A stretch of DNA of 64,000 bases from an uncultured Campylobacterales bacterium (lineage in GTDB: Bacteria > Campylobacterota > Campylobacteria > Campylobacterales > Arcobacteraceae), in NCBI GenBank assembly GCA_947494995.1, contig CANLWY010000009.1, positions 15,945 to 79,944 of the forward strand, given 5' to 3'. Position 1 is the first letter of the stretch, and each line of letters begins with the position of its first letter. This document shows positions 8,626 through 18,134 of the stretch, one piece after another. Position numbers and translations under genes: made by a program. A model generated the notes under the pieces. The model saw nothing but the letters and a program-made list of their open reading frames with translations. It was not told the origin of the DNA and searched no databases.

Positions 8626-11034
8626 ATGAACTTTTTAAAAAATTTAAGCTTAGGGAAAAAGATTGGAACAGGATTTACAATAGTATTATTATTGATGCTT
8701 ATTGTTTCAACAGTATCTTATAAAAGTATTGAAAAAATGATTTTCACTACAAAATGGGTTGCACATACACATGAAGTGGTTGAAGTTGCTAAAGAAGTAT
8801 CTAGTTATATGGTTGATATGGAAACGGGACTTAGAGGTTTTTTAGTAACAGGAAATCAAAACTATCTAGAACCATATATTAATGGAAACAAAAATTTTGA
8901 AAAGTACATTAAAATTGGTGCAGAATTAACAAGCGATAATCCTACTCAAATTAAGAGATGGAAAGAGGTTGACTCTTTAAAAAAAGAGTGGGTAAGAAAA
9001 TGGGCGGAACCCGAAATTAAAAAAAGAAAAGAGGTTTTAAAAGGTGCAGATACAATTGCAAAATTTAAAGAGATATCTACAAGAACACTTGGAAAAGAGC
9101 TTTTTGATGGAATTAGAACTAAGTTAGGTGTCCTTGAAAGTAAATTTACAGGTTTTAAAGAGGGACAAAACTTAGTTACTCTTACTACTTTAGCTTTAGT
9201 TAATATGGAGACAGGGCAAAGAGGATTTTTATTAAATGGAAAAAAAGACTCTTTAGAACCATATATAAATGGGAAAAAAGATTTAGTTAAAAATTTAGAA
9301 AAAATAAATGCTATTAGAATAGGAACTTCAGTTTCAGGGGCTGATGTTCGAGCAGTTGTAAATGCTGTAAATGAGTGGCAAAACAAAGTTGCTGATGTTG
9401 AGATTGAAGCAAGAAGAGCTATGAATAATTACAAACTTACTATTGATGATATTATTGCTGATATGGCAAAGGGTATTGGTAAAAAATACATGGACGATAT
9501 TCGAGCAAAAATTGATTTGATAATTAAAGCTGAAGAAGAAATGATTATTACAAGAACAAAGTCTCAAAATGATACAGCAAGTTTTGCTACAACTTTTGTT
9601 GTAATTGGAACTTTAGTTGCAGTTATATTAGGTCTTGTAATTGGAGTTTTAGTTACAAGAATTATTACTACAAAAATTAAATATTTTCAAGAAGGGCTTT
9701 TAGGATTTTTTAAATATCTAAATAGAGAAGCAAATGATGTAAAGTTATTAGATGATACTACATCTGAAGAGATAGGTTCTATGTCTAAAATTGTAAATGA
9801 AAATATTAAAAAAACAAAAGATAGTATTGAGGAAGATAGAAAAGTAATTGATGATACAATTGCAGTACTAGCGGAGTTTGAACAAGGTGATTTATGTCAA
9901 AGGGTAAACTCAAACACAAATAATCCAGCTCTTAAAGAGTTAACAAGCCTATTAAATCAAATGGGTGGAAATATGGAGAAAAATATTGATGGTATTTTAT
10001 ATGTTCTTGAAGAGTATTCAAATGCAAACTATATGAATAAAGCTAATGCAAAAGGAATTAAAGAACATCTTTTAAGGTTGGCAAATGGTGTAAATAGTCT
10101 AGGTGAAGCTATTACTGCTATGTTAGTTGAAAACAAAGCAAATGGATTAACTTTAGAAAATAGTAGTGATATTCTTCTTAAAAATGTTGATACATTAAAT
10201 AAAAACTCTACTGAATCTGCTGCTTCATTAGAAGAAACAGCAGCCGCAATTGAAGAAGTAACAGGAAATATTAGAAACAATACAACAAGTGTTGTTGAAA
10301 TGTCTAATTATGCTAATAAGTTAAATAATTCATCAAGTGAAGGTCAAAAACTAGCATCAAAAACTTCAGAATCAATGGAAGAGATAAATGAAAAAGTAAC
10401 AGCTATAAATGAAGCTATTTCTATTATCGACCAAATTGCATTCCAGACAAATATTCTTTCATTAAATGCAGCAGTTGAAGCAGCGACTGCTGGAGAAGCA
10501 GGAAAAGGTTTCGCTGTTGTAGCACAAGAAGTAAGAAATCTTGCAGCAAGATCAGCTGAAGCAGCAAGTGAAATTAAAACATTAGTAGAGAGTGCTACTC
10601 AAAAAGCATATGAAGGTAAAACAATTGCTGAAGATATGATTTCAGGATATAATGAATTAACAGAAAATGTTAATAAAACAAATGATTTAATATCTGTAGT
10701 TGAAATTGCATCGAAAGAACAATTATCTGGAATTGAACAAATAAATGATGCTATTACGCAACTTGATACTCAAACTCAAGCAAATGTTAGCATTGCAAAT
10801 AGTGCTCAAGATGTTGCTTCTCAAACAGATCAAATTGCAAAACTTATTGTTTCAAGTGCAAATGCAAAAGAGTTTGCTGGTAAAAATGATGTAAAAGTAA
10901 AAAGTATAAACACACAAGAAGATAAAAGTAGTTCAGTAAAGACAAAAGTTAAACCTGTTGCTAAAAAGGTAGAAGAACCTATAAATAACAAATTTGAAGA
11001 CAATCAAAGTAATGATGATTGGGAGTCTTTTTAA
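8626..11034 (+). CDS. methyl-accepting chemotaxis protein with CHASE3-type sensor
   Basis: 802 aa with TM1 then WVAHTHEV...[20 protein letters not shown], repeated as [22 protein letters not shown]2 and a HAMP-like region follow. The signalling hairpin is [45 protein letters not shown], and the C-terminus reads DWESF. Confidence 0.9.
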   Translation: MNFLKNLSLGKKIGTGFTIVLLLMLIVSTVSYKSIEKMIFTTKWVAHTHEVVEVAKEVSSYMVDMETGLRGFLVTGNQNYLEPYINGNKNFEKYIKIGAELTSDNPTQIKRWKEVDSLKKEWVRKWAEPEIKKRKEVLKGADTIAKFKEISTRTLGKELFDGIRTKLGVLESKFTGFKEGQNLVTLTTLALVNMETGQRGFLLNGKKDSLEPYINGKKDLVKNLEKINAIRIGTSVSGADVRAVVNAVNEWQNKVADVEIEARRAMNNYKLTIDDIIADMAKGIGKKYMDDIRAKIDLIIKAEEEMIITRTKSQNDTASFATTFVVIGTLVAVILGLVIGVLVTRIITTKIKYFQEGLLGFFKYLNREANDVKLLDDTTSEEIGSMSKIVNENIKKTKDSIEEDRKVIDDTIAVLAEFEQGDLCQRVNSNTNNPALKELTSLLNQMGGNMEKNIDGILYVLEEYSNANYMNKANAKGIKEHLLRLANGVNSLGEAITAMLVENKANGLTLENSSDILLKNVDTLNKNSTESAASLEETAAAIEEVTGNIRNNTTSVVEMSNYANKLNNSSSEGQKLASKTSESMEEINEKVTAINEAISIIDQIAFQTNILSLNAAVEAATAGEAGKGFAVVAQEVRNLAARSAEAASEIKTLVESATQKAYEGKTIAEDMISGYNELTENVNKTNDLISVVEIASKEQLSGIEQINDAITQLDTQTQANVSIANSAQDVASQTDQIAKLIVSSANAKEFAGKNDVKVKSINTQEDKSSSVKTKVKPVAKKVEEPINNKFEDNQSNDDWESF

Positions 11035-11040
11035 TTAAAA

Positions 11041-11069
11041 TAGTATTGAAAGCTTAGCTTTCAATACTA
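11041..11069. terminator. perfect hairpin between convergent MCP and acpH
   Basis: TAGTATTGAAAGC-tta-GCTTTCAATACTA, a 13-bp perfect stem. An A/T-rich run lies upstream (a U-tract for the minus strand). It overlaps the acpH stop. Confidence 0.5.
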
Positions 11070-11681
11070 AATCTTCCAATGATTTATTTTATTTGAATCA
11101 ATATTCTTTTTTACTTCTTCACAAAGTTTTGGGAAAAAGTATAAAAAATCTTTTTCTAGTTCATCTATATTAGTTTGAACACTTTCAAAATAACTACTAG
11201 CAGTGTCTCTACTTAATAGTTTAGGACTTAATCTTCTATCAATTCTTTCAAAGGCAGTTTTTAAGTGTTGTACACTTTGATATTTGTGAAGTACTTGATA
11301 TTTTACTATTCTATTTACTGGTTTTGAAGCATTTAATGGAAAATTATCTGCTCTTTTTTCTGCTTGTTTATAGAACTCTTGAGTGTATATTTCAAAAGGT
11401 ATATTACAGTAGCTATCCCAATTTTTAGTTAGAAAGTAATCATATGTAATATCAATAACAATTGATTTTAGTAGTCCTTTTTCTCTAAGTCTTTTTTTAC
11501 TCTGTATTACCAAAGGACTTGAGTCTGTAAAAGAATCAATAAGAAGATGGGTTTTTATCCCTTTTTTTAACTCTTCACTTGCATTTTCCCAAGCTTTTCC
11601 TTTTAGTGGATCTGCAAGAAAATTTCCAATTTGAAAATCAATATTTTGTTCAGATAAAAAAATATGTGCTAGCCAATTCAA
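11067..11681 (-). CDS. acpH: acyl carrier protein phosphodiesterase
   Basis: 204 aa. The N-terminus MNWLAHIFLSE...GNFLADPLKG is characteristic of AcpH (DUF479). Confidence 0.8.
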   Translation of the reverse strand: MNWLAHIFLSEQNIDFQIGNFLADPLKGKAWENASEELKKGIKTHLLIDSFTDSSPLVIQSKKRLREKGLLKSIVIDITYDYFLTKNWDSYCNIPFEIYTQEFYKQAEKRADNFPLNASKPVNRIVKYQVLHKYQSVQHLKTAFERIDRRLSPKLLSRDTASSYFESVQTNIDELEKDFLYFFPKLCEEVKKNIDSNKINHWKI

Positions 11682-11730
11682 TAAAAACCTTTTTTTAATT
11701 GCGGTATTGTATCATAGTTTTGTTTGATTA

Positions 11731-11750
11731 ATTTCGACAATTATCGAAAT
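11731..11750. promoter_or_regulatory. inverted repeat, candidate ArsR/SmtB operator
   Basis: ATTTCGA-caatta-TCGAAAT lies 81 nt upstream of the permease-arsR operon start at 11831. Confidence 0.35.
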
Positions 11751-11830
11751 ATAAAGTTTTTATTAAGGAATGGTTTGTAATAATTCCATATATTTAGAAA
11801 TATAGAAATAAATTAATTTAAGGATAAAAA

Positions 11831-12814
11831 ATGCAATTATCAAATTTTTATGAAGCATCAACTTTTTTTATAATAGGTTTTATTGAGTTATCAATTCTTT
11901 TTTTAGGAGTATCTCTTTTCGTAGAAGTTTTAAACTCTTTAATAAATCCGCAAAAGATTCAAAAGATATTATCATCAAGTAAGAGTGGTTATATGATAGC
12001 ATCAGCTTTGGGAAGTATAACCCCTTTTTGTTCTTGTTCTTCTATTCCTTTAATAATTGGGCTTATAAAAGCAAGAGCAGGATTTGGTCCAATTATGACT
12101 TTTCTTTTTACTTCTCCTTTATTAAACCCTATAATCGTCATAGTCTTTTTTATTGCTTTTGGTTTAGAGGTTACATTTATATACTCTTTTGTAGCATTAA
12201 GTGCTTCTTTATTATCAGGGTTCATTTTGGAGAAATTAGGATTTGAGAAATACATAAAAGATGATTTTAAAGGTGAAAAAAATAGTTGTTGTAAAACAAA
12301 ACCACTTTTTTTTACTGCAAAAACTACAGGCTTTTCATTAAAAAAAGAAGAGTATCCCTTTATGGATTTGAGTTTTGAAAAAAATAAATCCTTTTTGAAC
12401 AAAGTTTTAAATAAAGAATTATTAAAAAAAACATGGAAACAGTTTTTATCTTTTGTTCCATATTTAGCAATAGGTATAGGTATTGGAGCTTTTGTACATG
12501 GGTTTGTCCCAGATAGTATTATAAAAGAGTATTCAGGAGATGATAATATTTTTGCAGTTCCTTTTTCTGCTCTTATGGGTATTCCTTTGTATATCAGAGC
12601 TTCAACAATGGTAGGCTTAGCTCCTGAGTTAATTGATAGTGGAGTTAATATGGGGTCTATTTTGGCTCTTACAATTGCAGGAGCAGGAGCTAGTTTACCT
12701 GAGATGATTATGCTTAAGAAAATATTTAAACTTCCTATTATGATTGCTTTTATAATTGCTGTCTTTACAATGGCTATAGGGTGTGGATATTTAGTTAATA
12801 TATATTTTGCATAG
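11831..12814 (+). CDS. UPF0718 / ArsP-type permease
   Basis: 327 aa and polytopic. The TPFCSCSSIPL vicinal-Cys motif is typical of the YraQ/ArsP permease family. It is followed directly by an ArsR-family gene. Confidence 0.75.
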   Translation: MQLSNFYEASTFFIIGFIELSILFLGVSLFVEVLNSLINPQKIQKILSSSKSGYMIASALGSITPFCSCSSIPLIIGLIKARAGFGPIMTFLFTSPLLNPIIVIVFFIAFGLEVTFIYSFVALSASLLSGFILEKLGFEKYIKDDFKGEKNSCCKTKPLFFTAKTTGFSLKKEEYPFMDLSFEKNKSFLNKVLNKELLKKTWKQFLSFVPYLAIGIGIGAFVHGFVPDSIIKEYSGDDNIFAVPFSALMGIPLYIRASTMVGLAPELIDSGVNMGSILALTIAGAGASLPEMIMLKKIFKLPIMIAFIIAVFTMAIGCGYLVNIYFA

Positions 12815-12849
12815 GATATAATCTTTTCAAATTGAAAAAAAGAAGAATA

Positions 12850-13140
12850 ATGAATGATGAACAATTATCAAAATGCCTAGCCCAGTTAGGAAATATTACA
12901 AGACTTAGAATATTTAAATTATTAGTAAAAGTAGGGCATGATGGTATGCCAGTAGGTATAGTTCAAGAAAAACTTAATATACCAGCTTCAACACTTTCTC
13001 ATCATCTAACTAAACTTATGTCTGTAAACTTAGTAGTGCAAAGAAGAGATGGTAGAACACTTTTTTGTACAGCGAATTATGATATATTAAATGAAGTGAC
13101 ATCTTTGTTAAAAGATCAGTGTTGCATAGGTTTTAAATAA
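12850..13140 (+). CDS. ArsR/SmtB-family metalloregulator
   Basis: LGNITRLRIFKLL...PASTLSHHLTKLMSVNLVVQRRDGRTLF is a winged HTH, and there is a C-terminal Cys pair (DQCCIGF). The track ORF starts at TTG 12832. I prefer ATG 12850, which is preceded by AAGAAG. Confidence 0.8.
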   Translation: MNDEQLSKCLAQLGNITRLRIFKLLVKVGHDGMPVGIVQEKLNIPASTLSHHLTKLMSVNLVVQRRDGRTLFCTANYDILNEVTSLLKDQCCIGFK

Positions 13141-13160
13141 AGATTTTAGTTTGGAATATA

Positions 13161-13193
13161 TGCTTCATAGAGTAAATAATACTCTATGAAGCA
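13161..13193. terminator. strong hairpin between convergent arsR and yeeE-like genes
   Basis: TGCTTCATAGAGTA-aataa-TACTCTATGAAGCA, a 14-bp perfect stem. The flanking run is A-rich rather than U-rich on the + strand, so function is uncertain. Confidence 0.45.
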
Positions 13194-13211
13194 AAAAAGA
13201 TAAGAATATAA

Positions 13212-14306
13212 CTATATTTGGAAGTCTACTGACTTCTCTTCTTTTTCTTTATCTTCCCATTCAAAGATAAAACACATTGGAAGTTCATTTTTTCTATTTA
13301 AATAAATTGCTGTAATAGTCCCAGCAATAAAAATAGAACCAATTGCAATAACAGAAGCAAAAGCAAGTGTTGAAAGACCTGTTAATCCTTGTCCTACTGT
13401 ACAACCAATAGAAAGTATTCCTCCACTTCCCATTAATGCTCCACCTATCATATTATTTCTAACTCTATTTTCGCCTTTTGCAGCTGTACATCCAAAGCTA
13501 TATCTTTTATTAAATTTTGACATAGTAAAGGCACCAAGTAAAACACCAATAACTAAGCTAATTGAAAATGTTAATTCATTTACTTCATAAAGCATAAATA
13601 GTTCTAGAGATTTTGCTGTTGGGTAAACAAAAGTTACTCCTGAAAGATTTATTACTCTTTCCATACTCTCTTCACCAATTATACCTGTAACACTCCATGC
13701 TGCTGCAACAACAAGTCCTACTAGTACTCCATCCCATAGAGATAAGATTCTTTTTACTTTTTTAACTAAAAAAATAAGAAGTATAATTAAAATACCAACT
13801 ACAAAATAGATATTCATAGTAAAATTACCTAAAATACCTGACCAGTTTACTAGTGTTTCATTATTTACAATAGGATCAAAGAAACCATACAAAAAACCTT
13901 TTGTAGTAGCAAATGCAAAAATTGCAATAAATACTATAGATATAACAGAGTTCTTATCTCCTTGAGCAAGTTTTATTAAATGTCTATTACTACAACCATC
14001 TGCTAACATCATACCAACTCCAAACATAGAGCCACCAAGAATGATTGCAAAATAGTTGATATTTTCCCTATAATAAGGAGTTTCACTTAGGTCTAGTTCA
14101 AAAAAAGATGATATTAAAGCTGTTGAAACTATAGCTACAATCATAGCCATAACTACAGATGAACCTCTCATTGTTGATTTTGTAAGCATATAGTCTTTTA
14201 TAGAACCACTAAAACAAAACTGTTTTTTTTGTGCAATTGCACCAAAAATAAGTCCTAATAATAATCCAAGTAAATTAACTATTTCAAATACTTCAAAAGA
14301 GTCCAT
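13212..14306 (-). CDS. YeeE/YedE-family sulfur-compound (thiosulfate) transporter
   Basis: 364 aa and polytopic, with two conserved Cys loops: LADGCSNRHL and ILSIGCTVGQG. Confidence 0.85.
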   Translation of the reverse strand: MDSFEVFEIVNLLGLLLGLIFGAIAQKKQFCFSGSIKDYMLTKSTMRGSSVVMAMIVAIVSTALISSFFELDLSETPYYRENINYFAIILGGSMFGVGMMLADGCSNRHLIKLAQGDKNSVISIVFIAIFAFATTKGFLYGFFDPIVNNETLVNWSGILGNFTMNIYFVVGILIILLIFLVKKVKRILSLWDGVLVGLVVAAAWSVTGIIGEESMERVINLSGVTFVYPTAKSLELFMLYEVNELTFSISLVIGVLLGAFTMSKFNKRYSFGCTAAKGENRVRNNMIGGALMGSGGILSIGCTVGQGLTGLSTLAFASVIAIGSIFIAGTITAIYLNRKNELPMCFIFEWEDKEKEEKSVDFQI

Positions 14307-14432
14307 TTTAAATCCTTATAATTTAATATTGATTAATTTAGTAGGAATTATATAGTTTAGTAGATAAAATTGAGATTTATTTATAAGTATAATAATTAAA
14401 TTTAAGGTGAGGTAAATATAAAGAGAGGAGAA

Positions 14433-14693
14433 TTAAATCTCTTGATTCTCCGCTCTCATATCTTCTAATCCTTCTAGTATATCAAGAGCTTGTTCTTGTG
14501 TAATACTATTATTATCAATGTCTTCTATTACTTCATTAAAGTATCTTTTTACTTCATTCATATATTGTAGTTCATCTTTTAACTCTTTATCTTTTTTCTT
14601 TGCAAGAAGAGTCTCTATTTCTTTAATATTTTCGTTTACTTCAATAAGGATATCACTTTTAATTAGTTCTTCTAGTTTTTTAATATAGTCCAT
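14433..14693 (-). CDS. hypothetical acidic coiled-coil protein
   Basis: 86-aa track ORF, Glu/Lys-rich. No family recognised. Confidence 0.45.
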   Translation of the reverse strand: MDYIKKLEELIKSDILIEVNENIKEIETLLAKKKDKELKDELQYMNEVKRYFNEVIEDIDNNSITQEQALDILEGLEDMRAENQEI

Positions 14694-14773
14694 AATTTAA
14701 ATCTCCAGTTGATTTTTCGTGATTATATCAGAAAGAATTTATAAAAAGACTTATCTAAAAATTCTTTTTAGTA

Positions 14774-14802
14774 TTGACAAAATATTTTTAAATTTATATA
14801 AT
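14774..14802 (+). promoter_or_regulatory. consensus sigma-70-type promoter (TTGACA-17-TATAAT)
   Basis: TTGACA at 14774-14779, an exact 17-nt spacer, and TATAAT at 14797-14802. It reads toward the small ORF and the MarR-GNAT gene. Confidence 0.55.
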
Positions 14803-14821
14803 TACGTAACTAGTTACATAA
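14802..14821. promoter_or_regulatory. near-palindromic operator candidate overlapping the -10 box
   Basis: TTACGTAACTAGTTACATAA has 9 of 10 matching half-site positions, and its core GTAACTAGTTAC is a perfect palindrome. Confidence 0.4.
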
Positions 14822-14834
14822 ATAAGGAGATGTT

Positions 14835-14969
14835 ATGAAATGTTTTAAAATCTTAATGATGTTCTATGTTGTTATAGGAGTAGTAAAAATATTAAATAAT
14901 CCTGTACACACAGATATAAGTGTTGTTAAGACTAGTGCACCATTTACACATATTTCACATAAACTTTAA
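14835..14969 (+). CDS. possible 44-aa small hydrophobic peptide (below the track size cut-off)
   Basis: AAGGAGA at 14824-14830, ATG at 14835, TAA at 14967-14969. The translation is MKCFKILMMFYVVIGVVKILNNPVHTDISVVKTSAPFTHISHKL. It lies downstream of the consensus promoter. Confidence 0.35.
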   Translation: MKCFKILMMFYVVIGVVKILNNPVHTDISVVKTSAPFTHISHKL

Positions 14970-14975
14970 AATGCT

Positions 14976-15001
14976 ATAATACGTACCTAATTACGTATTA
15001 T
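14976..15001. promoter_or_regulatory. perfect 10-bp inverted repeat, candidate MarR operator
   Basis: ATAATACGTA-cctaat-TACGTATTAT overlaps a TATAAT box (14975-14980) and ends 12 nt before ATG 15014. It shares the TACGTA core with the upstream palindrome. Confidence 0.45.
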
Positions 15002-15013
15002 AAGAGGTTTTTT

Positions 15014-15970
15014 ATGGTTACTTTATTTGATAAAACAGGTGTTATGGCAATTGGCACTAGGCTTAGGATGCTTAGTGAAAGATTGTCAAAAGATGCAGAA
15101 AAAATGATGGCTTTATATGATATTGATATAAAGTTAAAGTGGTATCCTGTAATTTTTGAATTAATAGAGAATGAAGAGCCTAAAACAGTAACTGAAATTG
15201 CAAATGAAATAGGTCAATCCCATGTTTCAGTAGTTAAAATCATAAGAGAAATGTCAAAAGCTGGAATGATTATTGAAACAAAAGATGAAAATGATGGAAG
15301 AAAAACAAACCTTACACTAAGCTCTTTAGGCAAAGAAAGAATAGGACAAATAGAGTATCTTCACAAAGATGTAACCTTGGCTATTGAAAAAATGCTAGCG
15401 GGAACAAAACATAATCTTTGGTATGCATTAGATGAATTTGAAGAGTTGTTAGATGAAAAATCTACATATCCTAGAGTTTTAGATGAACAAAGAGAAAGAG
15501 AATCTTTAAAAGTTAAAATAGTTGATTTTCAAGATAAGTATAAAAATGACTTTATTGAATTAAACAATGAGTGGATATATAAATATTTTGAAATGGAAGA
15601 ACGAGATGAAGAGATTCTTAATAATCCCAAAGAGAGTATTATAAATTCAGGTGGTTCAATTTTAGTTGCTCTATATGAAGATAAGGTTATAGGTGTTTGT
15701 GCTTTAATGAAAAGTAAAAACGAATCATATGAATATGAACTAGCTAAAATGGCAGTAAGTCCTAACTATCAAGGAAAAGGGATAGGATTACTTTTGGGAA
15801 AAGCTATTATTCAAAAAGCAAAAGATTTAAAAGCTGAAGCAATCTATTTAGAAAGTAATACAGTTTTAAAAACAGCTATAAGTCTTTATAGAAAATTGGG
15901 ATTTAAAAAGGTTGTAGGCTATAAAAGTACTTATGGTCGTTCAAATATAAAGATGGAACTACTCTTATAA
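15014..15970 (+). CDS. MarR-type HTH fused to a GNAT N-acetyltransferase
   Basis: 318 aa. The N-terminal half is a winged HTH (VTEIANEIGQSHVSVVKIIREMSKAGMIIETKDENDGRKTNLTLS). The C-terminal half carries the GNAT motif A, VSPNYQGKGIGLLLGKAI...LYRKLGF. Confidence 0.8.
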   Translation: MVTLFDKTGVMAIGTRLRMLSERLSKDAEKMMALYDIDIKLKWYPVIFELIENEEPKTVTEIANEIGQSHVSVVKIIREMSKAGMIIETKDENDGRKTNLTLSSLGKERIGQIEYLHKDVTLAIEKMLAGTKHNLWYALDEFEELLDEKSTYPRVLDEQRERESLKVKIVDFQDKYKNDFIELNNEWIYKYFEMEERDEEILNNPKESIINSGGSILVALYEDKVIGVCALMKSKNESYEYELAKMAVSPNYQGKGIGLLLGKAIIQKAKDLKAEAIYLESNTVLKTAISLYRKLGFKKVVGYKSTYGRSNIKMELLL

Positions 15971-15983
15971 TTAAAGGAGCATT

Positions 15984-16607
15984 ATGGAAATTATCACTTT
16001 TTTATTTATACTTACTTCAGTAGTAATTATTATGACACCTGGGCAAGATATGATTTTAGTTATGTCAAGATCAATTGCACAAGGTCAAAAAGCTGGAATA
16101 GTTACAGCTCTAGGTGTGTCAGTAGGGCTTATGGGACATACAATTTTAGCGACATTAGGACTTGGTGCTTTACTAATGGCTAGTGAATGGCTCTTTAATA
16201 TAATCAAATATATTGGTGCTGGATATCTTATCTATTTAGGGTATCAATTATTAACAAGTAAAAGTCATAAATTAGCCATAAAAGATTTAGATAAAGTATC
16301 TTATAAAAAAATGTTTATGCAAGGTGCAATTTCAAATATCTCAAATCCTAAAATTACAATTTTCTATTTTTCATATTTGCCACAATTTATTGTTCCAAAT
16401 GGAGGGAGTGAAGCCTTTCAACTATTTATTTTAGGAACAACATTTGCAGTAATTACTTTCTTTTTAAAATCTCCTATTGGATTTATTGCAGGCTTGTTAT
16501 CTACTTGGATAAAAGCAAGACCCATGGTATTAAACTATATAAATAAAACAAGTGGAGTTATTCTTGTGGCTCTTGGATTAAAACTTGCCTTAAGTGAAAA
16601 AAGTTAA
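15984..16607 (+). CDS. LysE/RhtB-family amino-acid exporter
   Basis: 207 aa with six TM segments. MTPGQDMILVMSRS and NISNPKITIFYFSYLPQF are family hallmarks. Confidence 0.85.
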   Translation: MEIITFLFILTSVVIIMTPGQDMILVMSRSIAQGQKAGIVTALGVSVGLMGHTILATLGLGALLMASEWLFNIIKYIGAGYLIYLGYQLLTSKSHKLAIKDLDKVSYKKMFMQGAISNISNPKITIFYFSYLPQFIVPNGGSEAFQLFILGTTFAVITFFLKSPIGFIAGLLSTWIKARPMVLNYINKTSGVILVALGLKLALSEKS

Positions 16608-16663
16608 AAAACACTTTTTTAACATTCCAAAATAGTATAATAAGAGTATAAAAACTTTTTTGG

Positions 16664-17671
16664 ATGTGTCCTATGATTGATTTAATTAAAAAACTACCTA
16701 AAGCGGAACTTCATTTACATATTGAGGGTTCATTAGAGCCTGAGTTAATGTTTAAATTAGCTCAAAAAAACTCTATAGAGATACCTTATAATACAGTTGA
16801 AGATGTAAAAAATGCTTATGATTTTTCAGATTTACAAAGCTTTTTAGATATTTATTATGCAGGTGCTAAGGTACTTGTTACAAAGCAAGACTTTTATGAC
16901 CTTACTTGGGAGTATATTTTAAAATGCAAACAAGATAATATTATTCATACAGAGATATTTTTTGATCCTCAAACACATACAGCTAGAGGTGTTGCTTTTG
17001 AAACTGTAATATTAGGAATAAAAGAGGCACTTGATGATGCTAAAAAGAAGTTTGGAATAAGCTCGTCAATAATAATGTGTTTTTTGAGACATATGTCTGA
17101 AGATGAAGCATTTAAAACTTTAGAAGAGTCTATTCCTTTTAAAAAGTATATTATAGGAGTTGGTCTTGACTCCTCAGAAATTGGTCATCCTCCCTCAAAG
17201 TTTGAAGAGGTTTTTAAAGCAGCCAAAAAAGAAGGTTTTAAAATAGTTGCTCATGCGGGAGAAGAAGCTGATGTTTCATATATTTTTGAAGCATTAGATT
17301 TATTAAAGGTTCAAAGAATTGACCATGGTGTTCAAAGTATTAAATCAAAAGAGTTAATGCAAAGATTAAAAGAGGAACAAATACCTTTAACAGTATGTCC
17401 AAACTCTAATATTGAATTAAAAGTTTTTAAAAACTATAAAGAGCATAATATTAAAAAACTTTTAGATTTTGGATTGTTAGTAACAGTAAATTCTGATGAT
17501 CCTGCTTATTTTAAAGGTTATTTAAATCAAAATTTTATTAATCTATATAAAAACTTAGACTTATCAAAAGATGATATTGTAAATCTTGTAAAAAACTCTT
17601 TTAAAGCTTCATTTATAAGTGAGGAGTTAAAAGAAAAGTATTTACAAAAAGTTGATTTATCTTTAAGTTAA
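16664..17671 (+). CDS. add: adenosine/adenine deaminase
   Basis: LPKAELHLHIEGSLEPELMF, HAGEE and NSDDPAYF are the metal-ligand motifs of the adenosine deaminase family. An alternative ATG lies at 16673. Confidence 0.9.
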   Translation: MCPMIDLIKKLPKAELHLHIEGSLEPELMFKLAQKNSIEIPYNTVEDVKNAYDFSDLQSFLDIYYAGAKVLVTKQDFYDLTWEYILKCKQDNIIHTEIFFDPQTHTARGVAFETVILGIKEALDDAKKKFGISSSIIMCFLRHMSEDEAFKTLEESIPFKKYIIGVGLDSSEIGHPPSKFEEVFKAAKKEGFKIVAHAGEEADVSYIFEALDLLKVQRIDHGVQSIKSKELMQRLKEEQIPLTVCPNSNIELKVFKNYKEHNIKKLLDFGLLVTVNSDDPAYFKGYLNQNFINLYKNLDLSKDDIVNLVKNSFKASFISEELKEKYLQKVDLSLS

Positions 17672-17690
17672 TAATTAAAAAGGGCTATAG

Positions 17691-18134
17691 ATGAATGAGA
17701 TTAACAATTATATAAAGATTAATAATAATATAGCCACCTCTGGTCAACCAACTCGTGAACAGTTCAGAAGTATCGCAGAAGCTGGATATGAATATGTTAT
17801 AAACTTATCAGTTGCTCATAGTGAAGGAAGAATTGAAAAAGAGGATGAAATTGTAAGTGACCTTGAAATGAACTACATTCATATTCCTGTAGAATTTAAA
17901 GAACCTACAACAAAAAATCTAATAGATTTTATTGAGATTTTATCTTCTCTCTCTCATAAGAAAGTATGGGTTCATTGTATTATGAACTATAGGGTAAGTG
18001 CTTTTATGTATGTATATCATAAGTATTATCTACGTACACCTTTTGAAAAAATTGATTTAAAGGTTTTTGATGAGTGGGCACCTGATGAAAAGTGGCAAGC
18101 TCTTATGAAAACACCATATGAAGAACTTCAATAA
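17691..18134 (+). CDS. DUF442 / PTP-fold phosphatase-like protein
   Basis: 147 aa. IATSGQPTREQFRSIAEAGYEYVINL and VWVHCIMNYRVSAF (a Cys-Arg loop) resemble the DUF442 family. Confidence 0.6.
   Translation: MNEINNYIKINNNIATSGQPTREQFRSIAEAGYEYVINLSVAHSEGRIEKEDEIVSDLEMNYIHIPVEFKEPTTKNLIDFIEILSSLSHKKVWVHCIMNYRVSAFMYVYHKYYLRTPFEKIDLKVFDEWAPDEKWQALMKTPYEELQ

Noticed and set aside
8946-10280. Minus-strand ORFs 8946..9386, 9334..9567 and 10029..10280. Similar antisense or off-frame ORFs overlap the real genes slyD, adk, hsdM, hsdS, hsdR, carB, radC, metX, the rhodanese gene, the HTH gene at 3238..3585, the GIY-YIG gene, the XRE regulator and the DUF234 ATPase.
   Set aside because: All lie inside confidently identified genes on the opposite strand or in another frame, and all lack recognisable motifs.
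11989-12864. A 291-aa minus-strand ORF, the largest unexplained track ORF.
   Set aside because: It is entirely antisense to the well-supported ArsP-like permease and the start of arsR. The sequence is low-complexity Ile/Lys/Phe-rich with no motifs. This is typical of an AT-rich antisense frame.
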